From: Gammaproteobacteria bacterium
Lineage (GTDB): Bacteria; Pseudomonadota; Gammaproteobacteria; UBA4575
Assembly (NCBI GenBank): GCA_022824965.1
Contig: JAJDYY010000002.1
Location: 58,929 to 122,928, forward strand
Reading direction: 5' to 3'
DNA length: 64,000 nucleotides
The position numbers and the translations under genes were made by a program. A model generated the notes under the pieces. That model saw only the letters and a program-made list of their open reading frames with translations, was not told where the DNA came from and searched no databases. Positions 37,493-49,045 of the stretch are shown one piece after another. The stretch's first letter is position 1. Every line of letters begins with the position of its first letter.

Positions 37493-38929
37493 TCACGGCT
37501 CTTCGGGGATCCGCATGGCCAGGAACTCCGGGCCGTGCGGGCGCTGCACGAGCAAGGAGGCGTATTTGCCGGCCGTCAGATCCGCGACGAGATCCTTGAA
37601 ATTGCTGACCGTTTCCACAGGCTTGCCGTTGACCATCTGGATCACATCGCCTTTTCGGATACCAGCAAATTTAGCCGCGTCGCCCTGTACATCCAGTACC
37701 ACGAGACCGCCTTTGTCCAGCTTCATGGTCTCGATTTCCTGTTCGGAGAGTGCGCGCAGGGAAAGGCCCAGCACGGTATCGACCTGCTCTTCCTCCGGAT
37801 CGGGTTGACCGGCCAGGACCTGATCCTTGTCCGGCAGTTGACCGACCTCCAGCTTGACGGTCCGGGTTTTCCCGTCACGCATGACCTTCAGCCTGACGGT
37901 TTCGCCCACCTTGGTCTGGCCGACCAGCACCGGCAAGGCAGCGGAACTTTCGATCTCTTCGCCGTTATAGCCCAAGATGATATCCCCTACCTTGAGATCC
38001 GTGTCCTCTGCCGGACTCCCCGGCAGGATTTTGGCCACCAGTGCACCTGCCGGCTTGTCCATGCCGAAGGACTGGGCGAGTTCCATGGTCACTTCCTGTA
38101 TATATACTCCCAGCCATCCCCGGGATACAGCACCGTGCGTCTTGAGCTGATCCACGACATCCACTGCCACTTCGATCGGAATGGCGAATGACAGCCCCAT
38201 GAAGCCACCCGAACGGGTGTAGATCTGGGAATTGATGCCGATGACATTGCCGTCGAGGTCAAACAGTGGGCTGCCTGAATTTCCCGGATTGATCGCTACA
38301 TCGGTCTGGATGAACGGGACATAGTTCTCGCTTGGCAGGCTGCGTCCCTTGGCGCTGACGATGCCGGCAGTCACCGAGGCATCGAATCCGAACGGCGAAC
38401 CAATCGCCAAAACCCACTGCCCGACCTTCACGCTTTCGGAAGAACCCAGCCTGGCCGTGGGCAAATCCGTGGTATCCAGTTTCAGCAAGGCTATGTCGCT
38501 GCGGGGATCGCTGCCGACGAGTTCGGCGACAAGCATCCTGCGATCACTCAGCTTGACGATGATCTCTTCCGCATCCTTCACCACATGGTGATTGGTGATG
38601 ACATAGCCGTCATCGGAGATGATAAAGCCGGAGCCAAGCGAGCGAGAATTGAAGGAGCCCCCGCCGCCCTCGCCCGGTTCGCCAAAAAACCGCTGGAAGA
38701 AATCTCCGAACGGACCGTCTTTGGGGAAACCGGGAATGTCCATGCCGGGCGGCAGGCCGCGCTGCACCTTGGCGGGTTTACTGGTGCTGATATTCACGAC
38801 GACATCGGCCGTGTCTTCGACAAGTTCAGTGAAATCCGGAAGGCCGGAACGGGCCTGAACCTGGGCAGCCAGCGCCAGCAGGAAACCGAATCCGATCAAG
38901 TAACTTACAACAGTATTCCCAATTTTCAT
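37493..38929 (-). CDS. degP: DegP/MucD serine endoprotease
   Basis: TNHHV, DIAL, NPGNSG triad plus two PDZ domains. Confidence 0.93.
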   Translation of the reverse strand: MKIGNTVVSYLIGFGFLLALAAQVQARSGLPDFTELVEDTADVVVNISTSKPAKVQRGLPPGMDIPGFPKDGPFGDFFQRFFGEPGEGGGGSFNSRSLGSGFIISDDGYVITNHHVVKDAEEIIVKLSDRRMLVAELVGSDPRSDIALLKLDTTDLPTARLGSSESVKVGQWVLAIGSPFGFDASVTAGIVSAKGRSLPSENYVPFIQTDVAINPGNSGSPLFDLDGNVIGINSQIYTRSGGFMGLSFAIPIEVAVDVVDQLKTHGAVSRGWLGVYIQEVTMELAQSFGMDKPAGALVAKILPGSPAEDTDLKVGDIILGYNGEEIESSAALPVLVGQTKVGETVRLKVMRDGKTRTVKLEVGQLPDKDQVLAGQPDPEEEQVDTVLGLSLRALSEQEIETMKLDKGGLVVLDVQGDAAKFAGIRKGDVIQMVNGKPVETVSNFKDLVADLTAGKYASLLVQRPHGPEFLAMRIPEEP

Positions 38930-39040
38930 GTTCTACACTCCGCGTTAACGTACTGGCCTTACTTGCACGCAGCTTCGTTACAAGCCAGACCTTGTGATCC
39001 CAGTAAAGAGTTGAATGGGTCTATGCAGGCAAGCGGTCGC

Positions 39041-40009
39041 TCAGGGGCTTGAATAGAAAACCGACTCGCCGATACTTTTCACGGTCCCCTCGGGAACCTC
39101 GCCGATGACCGTGATCTGATGCCGATTCAGATCGCGTGCATACGCACTGATCACACCTTTGTTATGGGCACCTTCATAGAAATGCCTCGGGTCTTCCACC
39201 TTGCTGATAAATATGGAAACCGATGCCAGGCCGTCTGTCAGCACGATGTGCTGTACGGGGCTTTTGCTTACACTGGTCTGGCGCCGCGTCACGCTGCTCA
39301 GGGAAAACCCGGGAGGTAAATTGCGTATTTGCCATGCACGGTCCGGCTGCAACCCCCCGGCCGGCCCAACCCCGGCAATTTTCCAGGTGTAGTTTTCCAG
39401 TGATGCACTTTGCTTGAACATCGAGTCCGGTACGGATCCGAGCATGCTGAAACTGGTGAACATCATGCTTTCGATGCTTTCGCCTTCGCTATCGAACGTT
39501 CTTGATTTGAGCAACATGCCGGAGTCGGTATCGATGCACAGCTCGTGCCCATAGCGATAGGCATCCAGGGGATCAAAGCGCACGAGCTTGCAGTTGAACC
39601 CGGCAATCCGGGAGGAGCCCGCTTCCACCAGCCGGTAGCGAAGCACAAGATCGTCGAGATTTTCCGGCAAAAAGGACGGCAGGCCATACTTGGATGGCGC
39701 CGTTTCAATCACGACCAGCTTGTCTTTTGGCCATATGCAGGTCAGCAAGTCCCGGTCCCGGATCACTTCCCTCGCATCGCCGGTCAGGGATACCAGCTTT
39801 TCGCGCACGCCATAGTCCGAGTGGCCATGCACAATTTTCATGGTTTCCACCTTGCCGTCATGCATGAACACGAAGGTGCCCTGGTAATTGCCGGTCTCCA
39901 GGGTATGGTTCATCTGGTTCAGCAGCTTCCAGACCTTGTCTTCTGCCAGAACGGCAGAAACACTGCCTGCCAACAGGGCTGCAAGCAGCAGTCGAATCAG
40001 AACCATCAT
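39041..40009 (-). CDS. rseB: RseB/MucB
   Basis: NYQGTF, E.L..L.G..RE, DGLASVSIF, IGEVP motifs; operon position. Confidence 0.9.
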   Translation of the reverse strand: MMVLIRLLLAALLAGSVSAVLAEDKVWKLLNQMNHTLETGNYQGTFVFMHDGKVETMKIVHGHSDYGVREKLVSLTGDAREVIRDRDLLTCIWPKDKLVVIETAPSKYGLPSFLPENLDDLVLRYRLVEAGSSRIAGFNCKLVRFDPLDAYRYGHELCIDTDSGMLLKSRTFDSEGESIESMMFTSFSMLGSVPDSMFKQSASLENYTWKIAGVGPAGGLQPDRAWQIRNLPPGFSLSSVTRRQTSVSKSPVQHIVLTDGLASVSIFISKVEDPRHFYEGAHNKGVISAYARDLNRHQITVIGEVPEGTVKSIGESVFYSSP

Positions 40010-40555
40010 TTATTGATTGCCATTGTCGCTGTAGGTGCGGTTGTAGCTCACGATTCTCACGCGCGGCATGGACACCCGGGGCGATGCGTATTCGGCATGG
40101 TTGACGATGTAACTGTTGAAGTCCTCTGCCGCCTTGGGACTGGATACGAAGTCCTGAACGTCGTCTTCTTCCGCGCGCTCGGCAATCTCCACCGGGGCGA
40201 CACCGGACGACGGGGTTAACGGAATGAAATCCTGCAACATCACGAAGGAAAACAGGGCTAGCGCAGCCGCAATCCCCATTGCGAGCGGAACTTTCATGTT
40301 CGCGGGCCTGTACGACGGGTTGTCGGTAGCCGGTTCCGCCCCGGGAGACAGCCTGTCCATCACTTCCTTGCTGAAGTCGGGATTCAGCCGGGCCGGCAAC
40401 TGCTTGCGCATGGCATAACCGATGAGGTTGTAACGCTGGTAGGTGGAGTACAGCTCCGGGTCTTGCTGTATTTTCTTTAGGATACGCCGAGTTTCAAACT
40501 CGGAGATTCCTTCGTCCAGTATCCTGGATACAAGTTCCTGGTCCGTTTCCTTCAT
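40010..40555 (-). CDS. rseA: Anti-sigma-E factor RseA/MucA
   Basis: S..LD.G, RY.LIG.AMR N-domain, single TM, Y...H; follows rpoE. Confidence 0.88.
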   Translation of the reverse strand: MKETDQELVSRILDEGISEFETRRILKKIQQDPELYSTYQRYNLIGYAMRKQLPARLNPDFSKEVMDRLSPGAEPATDNPSYRPANMKVPLAMGIAAALALFSFVMLQDFIPLTPSSGVAPVEIAERAEEDDVQDFVSSPKAAEDFNSYIVNHAEYASPRVSMPRVRIVSYNRTYSDNGNQ

Positions 40556-40576
40556 GGCGCAATCACTTTGTATAAA

Positions 40577-41152
40577 TCAGTATAACAGCGGTTTGAGGTA
40601 TTTATCGATGGCCGCACGCGCGCGAAATATCCTCGACCGGACCGTGCCGACCGGACACTGCATTACGCTGGCAATTTCGTCATAGCTCATGCCTTCGATT
40701 TCGCGAAGCGTGATGGCAGTTCTCAGATCATCGTGCAGTCCCTGTATCACCTGCCACACGGTGTTTTCAATCTCACGGGTAAGCAGGTTCCCTTCCGGAG
40801 TATCCTGCTCTTTCATCCAGGTAGCAGACTCCATATGTTCGGCATCCTCGATATCCACGGTATAGGCCGGCGTCTTGCGACGTTTTGACACGATATGATT
40901 CTTGGCGGAATTGACCACAATCTGATACAGCCACGTATAAAATGCGCTGTCACCCCGAAAATTTGCTAACCCCCGATAGGCCTTGATAAACGCTTCCTGT
41001 GCGACATCCTGGGCCTCGTCTTCATCCTTCACAAAGCGACCCACTAGATTGATCACTTTGTACTGGTACTTGGTTACCAATGCATCAAATGCTGCCTTGT
41101 CCCCTTTCTGAGCTCTTTTGACCAGCTCCCTATCGTGATTGTCTGCGCCCAT
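40577..41152 (-). CDS. rpoE: RNA polymerase sigma factor RpoE/AlgU
   Basis: DVAQEAFIKAYR, FYTWLY, CPVGTVRSRIFRAR. Confidence 0.97.
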   Translation of the reverse strand: MGADNHDRELVKRAQKGDKAAFDALVTKYQYKVINLVGRFVKDEDEAQDVAQEAFIKAYRGLANFRGDSAFYTWLYQIVVNSAKNHIVSKRRKTPAYTVDIEDAEHMESATWMKEQDTPEGNLLTREIENTVWQVIQGLHDDLRTAITLREIEGMSYDEIASVMQCPVGTVRSRIFRARAAIDKYLKPLLY

Positions 41153-41205
41153 TTGGGCTTGGCTCCTTTATCATCGGCTGTCCTTAGCTGACTTGCCATA
41201 TCAAT

Positions 41206-41232
41206 TATGACAATTTCAAATTGAAAGAGTTC
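41206..41232 (-). promoter_or_regulatory. Putative sigma-E autoregulatory promoter
   Basis: Minus strand GAACTC-N16-TCATA upstream of rpoE, close to the GAACTT-N16-TCAAA consensus. Confidence 0.7.
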
Positions 41233-41344
41233 TTATCCGACCCCTGTGATCTTCCATATTACTGTTTGACGGCCCGGTTTTGCTAAACTGGAACACCCAA
41301 ATCTACAACACAGTCTGTCAGAACTATGGTCATCCTATCCACCC

Positions 41345-43024
41345 ATGCATGATTTCGACGTACTGATCATTGGCAGCGGTGCCGCCGGCTTGAGCCTGGC
41401 GTTGCGCATTAACCCCAGTATGCAGGTGGCTGTGCTCTCCAAGGGCAGCCTGGATGCTGGTAGTACCGCCTGGGCCCAAGGCGGGATTTCCGCAGTCATC
41501 GATGAAGGCGACTCCGTTGACCAGCACATGGCGGATACCATTGATGCCGGAGTTGGACTTTGCGACGAGGAGGCTGTCTATCACACCGTCGTGCAGGGAA
41601 AGGAAATGATTTCCTGGTTGACGGAACTGGGAATCAAGTTCACGCGCGAGAAAGGTGCAGACGGCAAATCCTACTTACACCTGACGCGCGAAGGCGGTCA
41701 TACGCAACGCAGGGTGGTACATGCCGCAGATGCCACCGGGTGGGCCATACAGAATGCCCTCATCAGGACCGCGTGTGAGAAGGAGCATATCCGGGTATTC
41801 GAACAGCACATCACGATCGATCTGATCACTGCGCACAAGCTGTCCGGTGCACCGAGAGCCGAGACCACGAATCGCTGTGTGGGGGCTTATGTGCTGGATA
41901 CCGGCAACCAGCGTATTGAGACATTCAGGGCGCGGTACGTCGTACTGGCCACCGGGGGTGCGAACAAGGTCTACCTGTATACGAGCAACCCGGATGGGTC
42001 ATCCGGAGACGGTATTGCCATGGCTTGGCGCGCAGGCTGTCGCGTTGCCAACATGGAATTCATGCAATTCCATCCTACGTGCCTGTACCACCCAAGTGCG
42101 AAGTCCTATCTGATCACGGAGAGCGTACGGGGAGAGGGAGGCAAACTGTTGCTTCCCGATGGCTCGGAATTCATGCATGAATTTGACTCGCGTGGTGTAC
42201 TAGCGCCCCGTGACATCGTCGCACGTGCAATCGATCACAAGATGAAAAGGCTTGGCATCGATTGTGTATATCTGGACATCAGCCATAAACCCAAGGCATT
42301 TGTCCAGCAGCACTTTCCGAACGTCTATGCCCGCTGCCTGAAATTGGGCTACGACATGAGCAAGGAACCGGTTCCGGTGGTACCTGCCGCACATTACACC
42401 TGCGGCGGAGTGATGACGGACTTGAAGGGTCAAACGGACGTCCGCAATCTGTACGCCATCGGCGAGACCACGCATACCGGATTACATGGCGCTAATCGCA
42501 TGGCAAGCAATTCCCTGCTCGAATGTCTGGTCTTTGCCAATGCAACGAGCCAGGAAATCAATGCCGGCAACGCCCCGGACACCCTGGATTGGGACATCCC
42601 TCCCTGGGATGAGAGCCGCGTGACAGAACCCGACGAAGAGATTGTTGTCGCCCATAACTGGGATGAATTGAGAAGGTTCATGTGGGACTACGTCGGCATC
42701 GTACGCACCACAAAACGGCTGCAACGCGCAAAACGGCGTGTGGACCTGCTCATCTCGGAAATTGACGAGTACTACAGCAACTTTCGGGTGAACAGCGACC
42801 TGGTTGAGTTGAGGAACATCACGCTGGTTGCGGATATCATCATCAAGAGTGCACTGTCGCGCAAAGAAAGCCGCGGCCTGCACTACACCCTTGACTACCC
42901 GAATACCAACCCCGAACTGGAACACACCGACACGATCCTGGACCCGAGTACCGAATCGTCCGCACAGAAGCAGGCTGCCTGGCTTCCCGAAAGCAACCCT
43001 CAGACGGTGCTCTTCAAGAGATGA
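41345..43024 (+). CDS. nadB: L-aspartate oxidase
   Basis: [39 protein letters not shown]; divergent from rpoE. Confidence 0.97.
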   Translation: MHDFDVLIIGSGAAGLSLALRINPSMQVAVLSKGSLDAGSTAWAQGGISAVIDEGDSVDQHMADTIDAGVGLCDEEAVYHTVVQGKEMISWLTELGIKFTREKGADGKSYLHLTREGGHTQRRVVHAADATGWAIQNALIRTACEKEHIRVFEQHITIDLITAHKLSGAPRAETTNRCVGAYVLDTGNQRIETFRARYVVLATGGANKVYLYTSNPDGSSGDGIAMAWRAGCRVANMEFMQFHPTCLYHPSAKSYLITESVRGEGGKLLLPDGSEFMHEFDSRGVLAPRDIVARAIDHKMKRLGIDCVYLDISHKPKAFVQQHFPNVYARCLKLGYDMSKEPVPVVPAAHYTCGGVMTDLKGQTDVRNLYAIGETTHTGLHGANRMASNSLLECLVFANATSQEINAGNAPDTLDWDIPPWDESRVTEPDEEIVVAHNWDELRRFMWDYVGIVRTTKRLQRAKRRVDLLISEIDEYYSNFRVNSDLVELRNITLVADIIIKSALSRKESRGLHYTLDYPNTNPELEHTDTILDPSTESSAQKQAAWLPESNPQTVLFKR

Positions 43025-43542
43025 CTCCGATAGTATCTGAGTTCCTCGATTGATCCCCGGATATCGTCCAGCGCCAGGTGCCTGGACTCTTTTTCAAAGC
43101 CCTTCTCTTTCGGGTACCAGCGCTGTGCCAACTCCTTCAACGTGCTGACATCAAGATTACGGTAGTGGAAGTAGCGTTCAAGCTCGGGCATGAAACGTGC
43201 CAGAAAGCGCCGGTCCTGGCATATGCTGTTGCCACACATCGGGGATTCATTGCTGGAAACGTGCTGGCGAATGAAATTCAGGACCGCCTGCTCCGCCTGC
43301 GCCTCACTGACTTCACTGTTTCTGACCCGGTCGGTCAGTCCGGACTTGGCATGCTGCTTGGTATTCCAGTCATCCATGGCATTGAGTACAGTGGGCTCCT
43401 GGTAGATTGCAAGTACCGGCCCGACCGCCAGCTCTTCCAGGTCCTTGTTGGTGACCACCGCCGCGATCTCGATAATACGGTCCTCAAACGGGTTGAGTCC
43501 CGTCATTTCCAAATCGATCCAGACAAGGTTGCCGGAGCGCAT
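43000..43542 (-). CDS. orn: Oligoribonuclease
   Basis: [30 protein letters not shown]. Confidence 0.96.
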   Translation of the reverse strand: MRSGNLVWIDLEMTGLNPFEDRIIEIAAVVTNKDLEELAVGPVLAIYQEPTVLNAMDDWNTKQHAKSGLTDRVRNSEVSEAQAEQAVLNFIRQHVSSNESPMCGNSICQDRRFLARFMPELERYFHYRNLDVSTLKELAQRWYPKEKGFEKESRHLALDDIRGSIEELRYYRSHLLKSTV

Positions 43543-43675
43543 AGATACCCGCCTTCTTGAATTTGTTACAGGGGTTACTCTGGAAAAATTTACCACATAA
43601 CCGCGTTCGGCCCGGTAAAATTTTCAGACCGACGCACAAATCCATGCAGCAAGGGACCCAGCAGCACTCCAGCTG

Positions 43676-44302
43676 CTAGTAGGTTTTGCGACCTGCAAAA
43701 GCCTGCGCAATCGTGTTCTGGTCGACGAATTCCAGTTCACCACCAACCGGTACGCCCTGTGCCAAACGGGTGGTCTTGATACCCTGCCTGCCTGCCATCT
43801 CGCTCAATACGTGTGCGGTCACTTCCCCTTCGACTGTCGAGTTGGTCGCCAGAATCAGCTCCTCCACGGCTTCTTCGGCAAGACGTTTCTCCAAAATCGG
43901 CAGCCCGAGTTCCTGGGGCCCGATACCATCCAGCGGGGAAAGACTGCCCATCAACACAAAGTACAGACCCTTGTAATCCGTGCTTTTCTCCAGCATGAAG
44001 ACATCGGCGGGGTTTTCCACGACACAGATGGTGGTACGGATCCTTGAGGCGTCCTGACAGATCGGGCAGGACTCCTGCTCGGTAAAAATGCGGCAATTTT
44101 TGCAGTGTCCGATTTCATCGACGGCCCTGTTCAGGACATCCGACAGACTCTTCGCGCCCCCCCGGTTACGCTGCAACAGGTGAAATGCCATGCGTTGTGC
44201 AGACTTCGGCCCGACACCAGGCAGGCATTGCAGGGATTCGATCAGCTGGTTCAGCAACGATGATGTGGCCAATTCACCGTCACCCAGGTCATTTACTGAC
44301 AT
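43676..44302 (-). CDS. recR: Recombination protein RecR
   Basis: LPGVGPKSAQR, C4 zinc finger, TOPRIM motifs. Confidence 0.97.
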   Translation of the reverse strand: MSVNDLGDGELATSSLLNQLIESLQCLPGVGPKSAQRMAFHLLQRNRGGAKSLSDVLNRAVDEIGHCKNCRIFTEQESCPICQDASRIRTTICVVENPADVFMLEKSTDYKGLYFVLMGSLSPLDGIGPQELGLPILEKRLAEEAVEELILATNSTVEGEVTAHVLSEMAGRQGIKTTRLAQGVPVGGELEFVDQNTIAQAFAGRKTY

Positions 44303-44308
44303 AGCAGG

Positions 44309-44641
44309 TCAGAAAGGCAACTTCATCCCGCCCGGCAGGTCCAGGCCACTGGCCAGACTGGAGAACCGGTCCTTGGTTGTCTGGTCCACCTTGTTGGACG
44401 CATCATTGAGTGCTGCGGCAATCAGGTCCTCAAGCATGTCCTTGTCCTCCTTGAGCAGGCTCTCATCGATCTGCACCTTGCGCACCTCATGCTTCCCGGT
44501 CATCACGATCTTCACCAGGCCGCCACCGGACTGGCCTTCGACTTCCAGGGTTTTCAGCTCCTCCTGCGCCTTTTTCATATCTTCCTGCATTTGCTGCGCT
44601 TTTTTCATCAAGCTTCCGAGTCCACCTTGCATAACAGTCAT
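44309..44641 (-). CDS. ybaB: YbaB/EbfC nucleoid-associated protein
   Basis: AQQMQ, G.SGGGLV, EDLI.AA.NDA; between dnaX and recR. Confidence 0.95.
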   Translation of the reverse strand: MTVMQGGLGSLMKKAQQMQEDMKKAQEELKTLEVEGQSGGGLVKIVMTGKHEVRKVQIDESLLKEDKDMLEDLIAAALNDASNKVDQTTKDRFSSLASGLDLPGGMKLPF

Positions 44642-46248
44642 TCTCCAATGGGTTTAACCGAACCTGCGACAACCTCTGCGCCAAAACTCGATCGGAACGC
44701 CTTGACCACCTCGTCCTCTTCGACCTGTTTTTCCACTAAAGACTGCCTTTCTTCCATCGCGCGGGTTTTCTTTTTGGCCGGGGTATCAATGTCTTGATTT
44801 GTGAGCTTGATTTCAAGCTTCACATTCTGGTTGAAATACGCTTGCAGGGCCTCCTGCAATTTCCGGCGGGCATTGGGAATCGCAATCCCCTCATGCTGCT
44901 CCGCAAGATTCAGAACCACCCCCTCCCCCGAAGCGGATTGCACGCTACAGCTTGAAGCCAGCGAATGGGCAGAGCCCTGAATGCCCAGTTGATCGATCAA
45001 CTCGGGCCAGCGCCCGTTTTTCACAAGATCATCAATTTTGCTGGCGGGTGCTGATTCCCGGCTGTCCTGAACATCCCCGGGTGCCGATTCCCGGCTGTCT
45101 TGTGCATCCCTGGATATCACCTTGTTGCGGACCACCGACCCTTCCTGTCCCGTTTGCTCCCGACTGGCAGGTCGAAACGCAAGCATGCGCAACAACGTCA
45201 TTTCCAGTGCACTTTGCTGCGATGTGTACAGGTACAGGTCACGACGACCGAGCAGTGCGATCTGGTAAAACAGCTGCACATCCTCGGCACTGAGCTGTTT
45301 GCCTAACTTGTTCGCCAGTTCGACATCCGATCCCAGACGGCTCTCGGCATCCGGCACCGCCTGGGAAATTGCAGCCTGGTGAAGGATATCGATCAAGTCG
45401 TCGAGCAAACTGCCAAAATCGGCAGAAAGCTGCGCCAGTTCATGTGAACACCGCATGATTTCCGCAGCGTTCTCATCGATCAGCGCCTGCACCAGTTTTT
45501 GCATGTACTCTCTGGGCACGGTGCCCAGCATTTCATGCATGGCACTGTCCGTGACGTTTTCCTTGCTGTATGCAATGGCCTGGTCCAGCAGACTCAACGC
45601 ATCGCGCATGCTGCCATCAGCAACTCGTGCAATGGAGTACAGGGCCGGTCTTTCAAACGCCACATCCTCCGCCAGCATGATTGATTCCAGTTGCTGTACG
45701 ACGGCATCCTCCGGGAGTTTTTTCAAATTGAACTGCAGGCAGCGTGACAGTACGGTCATCGGCAGTTTCTGTGGGTCCGTGGTCGCCAGCAGGAATTTCA
45801 CGTGCAGCGGCGGCTCTTCCAGGGTCTTCAGCAACGCATTGAAGCTGTGTCCTGACAGCATGTGGACTTCGTCAATCAGATAGACCTTGAAATGGCCGCG
45901 TGTCGGGCTGTACTGAACGTTGTCGAGCAGTTCGCGGGTATCCTCGACCTTGGTGCGCGAGGCCGCATCCACTTCAATGAGATCAATGTACCTGCCTTCG
46001 TCAATTTCCTGGCAGGCACTGCAGACTCCACAGGGGTTGGCGCTGGCACCTTTCTCGCAGTTCAGGCACTTGGCAAAAATCCGCGCCAGGGTTGTCTTGC
46101 CTATTCCCCGCGTGCCCGTGAACAGGTAGGCATGATGCAGCCTTTGCTGATCGAGAGCATTGGAAAGCGCCTTCACGACATGCACCTGACCCACGACCTC
46201 AGCAAAATTCTTAGGCCGCCACTTGCGCGCTAATGCTTGATAACTCAT
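44638..46248 (-). CDS. dnaX: DNA polymerase III subunit gamma/tau
   Basis: [26 protein letters not shown] motifs. Confidence 0.97.
   Translation of the reverse strand: MSYQALARKWRPKNFAEVVGQVHVVKALSNALDQQRLHHAYLFTGTRGIGKTTLARIFAKCLNCEKGASANPCGVCSACQEIDEGRYIDLIEVDAASRTKVEDTRELLDNVQYSPTRGHFKVYLIDEVHMLSGHSFNALLKTLEEPPLHVKFLLATTDPQKLPMTVLSRCLQFNLKKLPEDAVVQQLESIMLAEDVAFERPALYSIARVADGSMRDALSLLDQAIAYSKENVTDSAMHEMLGTVPREYMQKLVQALIDENAAEIMRCSHELAQLSADFGSLLDDLIDILHQAAISQAVPDAESRLGSDVELANKLGKQLSAEDVQLFYQIALLGRRDLYLYTSQQSALEMTLLRMLAFRPASREQTGQEGSVVRNKVISRDAQDSRESAPGDVQDSRESAPASKIDDLVKNGRWPELIDQLGIQGSAHSLASSCSVQSASGEGVVLNLAEQHEGIAIPNARRKLQEALQAYFNQNVKLEIKLTNQDIDTPAKKKTRAMEERQSLVEKQVEEDEVVKAFRSSFGAEVVAGSVKPIGE
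45046..45110. repeat. Imperfect 33-bp tandem duplication in the dnaX linker
   Basis: GGGTGCTGATTCCCGGCTGTCCTG / GGGTGCCGATTCCCGGCTGTCTTG, encoding QDSRESAP twice. Confidence 0.85.
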
Positions 46249-46283
46249 TGCCGGGATGTTTGCAGGCTTTTCTGTCTCAACTG

Positions 46284-46402
<119 letters not shown>

Positions 46403-46473
46403 TTGACTATAACCTAACCGTCTGAATTTTGAAAACAAACAGACGCCGCCGCACCTGCTGTGACGGTGCAGGC

Positions 46474-48102
46474 TCAGTGTTCTCCGCGCGCCTCCAGGAT
46501 CATGAGGTCCAGAACCTCCTGGCTGGTGATCATGCCCAGAAATTCTTCTGATTTAGCGTCCAGTACAGGCATCACGGTCAGCGAGTGCTCTGTCATTTTC
46601 TGCAGGGCATCCTCGACAGGTTCACTGGGGTGGACACAGGGCGGATCCTGACGCGCAAATTTTCCCACATGAGTACTCGACCACAGTTTTTTGGGCAGGT
46701 AGCGCAGCATGCTCAGCGATACGATGCCCAAAAGTCGGCCTTGCTCGACGATCAGATAGTCCTGCTGGTGCGGAATGACCCACTGGTCGACAAACGCCCG
46801 TACGGATTGCGAGGCATCAGGATAGGTACGCGAGCGATCCAGGATGTCACCGACCGTAATGTCGTCCAGCGCGAAGTCCAGATGGGCGAGAGACGGAAGC
46901 TTCGGCATGGATGAAGCGTCCTGTTGCGATGGCCCGGCCCTGCGTATGGCAGCATTGATGCCCGGCGGAACAAGCAGGATGTACGCCACCATGATCAGCA
47001 CGAGCAGGGAAAATACACTGGGGTCAATGGCGCCCGTCTCGAAAAGGACCAGCAAAAGCGCAATCTCCGCAACCCCCTTGGCCATCAGTCCCGTGGCCAG
47101 GGTAAACGGCATGTCCTGACGGGTGACATAGGCACCGAGCAGGGCTCCTGCGAACTTGCCGGCGAAAGGAACTATCACGAGGGCCGCAATGGTCAGGATC
47201 GGCAACTCGATGAACGAAAGGCTCAGGTGCAGCCCTGCCGCAGCGAAGAAAAGCGGGATAAAGAATCCTTCCGCAATGCTGCGCATCCCGGGCACGATAT
47301 CCCGGCGCACCTGAAAGGGCAGCCCGGACAGGGCTGAACCAAACAACAGGGCGCCGAGCGAGCCGTGCAGACCCATTTTCTCGGCGCCGGAGACGGTCAG
47401 AAACAGGCCGCCAAGGATGAGTCCGAAGGAGAGCTGCGGCACGTGCAAAAAACGTTTCAGCAGCATGATCAGTGCTGGCATCACCCGGCTCGCCAATACC
47501 CACGTCACCACCGTGAAGGCGACAATCTGGCCCAGGAGAACCAGCACACCGCTCCAGCTCAATTGGTGGGTGTGTTCACCGATCGTGAATCCCACCAGCA
47601 ACAGGGCCAGCATCTCGGCCATCAGCGCAGTGGTGAAAATCCTGATGCCGATGGGTTCACGGAGATGACCGCCGTCAACCAGTACCTTGGCCGCAAGTCC
47701 CAGACTGGTCAGGGACAAAATCCCTGCAAGACAAATCGACTCCGTAAAGTCCAGGCCCAGCCCGAAATCATAGACGACGTCACTGGTGACGGTCATGATG
47801 GCAAGCATGGGCACGAGAACCGATATGACCGCGGCGACAATGAAGCGCCCGCGAAAGGCAGCCGCAAAACTGGGAAAGTCCAGTTCATCCAGGCCAATCA
47901 GAAAAAACAGAAGAAAGATGCCAATGCCCAGCAGAATCTGCATCTCGCTGGTAGGTTCGACAATTCCTGTCACCGGGCCCAGCAGTATCCCTACCACCGT
48001 ATAGGCGACAATGGAATTCACTTTGAAACGTTTGAAGACTGCCTCCGCCAACTTGGTGGCTAAAATCAGCAAGCCGATGGATAGCAGTGCTTCTTCAATC
48101 AT
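46474..48102 (-). CDS. Cation:proton antiporter (CPA2-like) with C-terminal CBS pair
   Basis: About 13 TM helices, LFFLIGL.E, FF.PLFF, CBS-type C-terminus. Confidence 0.88.
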   Translation of the reverse strand: MIEEALLSIGLLILATKLAEAVFKRFKVNSIVAYTVVGILLGPVTGIVEPTSEMQILLGIGIFLLFFLIGLDELDFPSFAAAFRGRFIVAAVISVLVPMLAIMTVTSDVVYDFGLGLDFTESICLAGILSLTSLGLAAKVLVDGGHLREPIGIRIFTTALMAEMLALLLVGFTIGEHTHQLSWSGVLVLLGQIVAFTVVTWVLASRVMPALIMLLKRFLHVPQLSFGLILGGLFLTVSGAEKMGLHGSLGALLFGSALSGLPFQVRRDIVPGMRSIAEGFFIPLFFAAAGLHLSLSFIELPILTIAALVIVPFAGKFAGALLGAYVTRQDMPFTLATGLMAKGVAEIALLLVLFETGAIDPSVFSLLVLIMVAYILLVPPGINAAIRRAGPSQQDASSMPKLPSLAHLDFALDDITVGDILDRSRTYPDASQSVRAFVDQWVIPHQQDYLIVEQGRLLGIVSLSMLRYLPKKLWSSTHVGKFARQDPPCVHPSEPVEDALQKMTEHSLTVMPVLDAKSEEFLGMITSQEVLDLMILEARGEH

Positions 48103-48425
48103 GTCCGGATAAAGGTCTCTACAGGAGCCTGTCTAGTCCAAAGCCTGGTTCCAAGTGATCTCCCATAACTTGTCCCTTCCCCCGTAGTCCTGTGCGGTGA
48201 TCCCTAGAAGAATACAGGCATGCACGGTGCACAGAGAGATATAGCCGCAAAACCGGAACGATCAAGTATTCACTTATGACATTCCTCAAGCACGGTATCT
48301 TACAGAAACCGTATATATCAGACACATGCAAACCAGTGATTCATGGAGTACGGCAATAGTCTGATCTTCATCAATTATGCGGTTTCTGAACCAACTACTA
48401 CATTCTCCCGGTCTTGTGTGTATTG

Positions 48426-48517
48426 TGGCGGAGAGAGAGGGATTCGAACCCTCGGTGCCCCGTTGAGGACACACTCACTTTCCAGGCGAGCCCGTTCGAC
48501 CACTCCGGCATCTCTCC
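48426..48517 (-). tRNA. tRNA-Ser(GGA)
   Basis: GGAGAGATG...CTCGC-CTGGAAA-GTGAG anticodon arm, long variable arm, GGTTCGAATCC, CCA end. Confidence 0.97.
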
Positions 48518-48614
48518 GAGATGGACCCATAAAGAGAATCCATTGAATAAACAGCCTGGCCGCATATCGTGAACAGCAGAGCGTCCTGCCTCAACCGAGG
48601 ATTCAGATATCCGG

Positions 48615-48956
48615 TCAGGATTTTTTGCCTTGGTCGTTGCTCCCAGGGCTATACACGGATGAGGGGAAATGCGCAATGTTCTCCCCCGCATCAGAAATTT
48701 TAGCCGTCCCCTGCTTGTCCACTTCATCGATACGAATGATGGAATGCATAGGCACGAAAAACCTTTTCACCTGCTCAAACTCTGATTTCAGTTTTTCTTC
48801 ACCAGGGTCTACTACTACCGTAGACCGCTCATTGAAAGTCAGTCCTTCAATCGTAACAAATCCATGTAAATCAGATTGATATACCTGATTTGCATAAACC
48901 TCATAAACTTTGTTCAGGTGAAGAAAGCTGATTTTATAAAGCTGCTTTTTTGGCAT
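48615..48956 (-). CDS. DUF1820-family protein
   Basis: KVYEVYA, VVDP.EEKLK.EF, PMHSIIRIDEV motifs. Confidence 0.85.
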   Translation of the reverse strand: MPKKQLYKISFLHLNKVYEVYANQVYQSDLHGFVTIEGLTFNERSTVVVDPGEEKLKSEFEQVKRFFVPMHSIIRIDEVDKQGTAKISDAGENIAHFPSSVYSPGSNDQGKKS

Positions 48957-49045
48957 TGCTTGAAAACTGGTCTCTACTCAAATCATCCACACCATACGCA
49001 ATGCAGCACCTGTCCGCGGAGCCTGCCTGCACTACCCTGTATTGG

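Noticed and set aside
43000-43024. nadB/orn 3' overlap
   Set aside because: Short convergent overlaps are common; both genes are intact.
45715-45726. dnaX programmed -1 frameshift site
   Set aside because: The A run (TTG AAA AAA CTC) is in the wrong phase and inside the conserved core; no A AAA AAG seen in the linker.
48103-48425. Prophage or integrative element at tRNA-Ser
   Set aside because: No integrase and no duplicated tRNA 3' end found.
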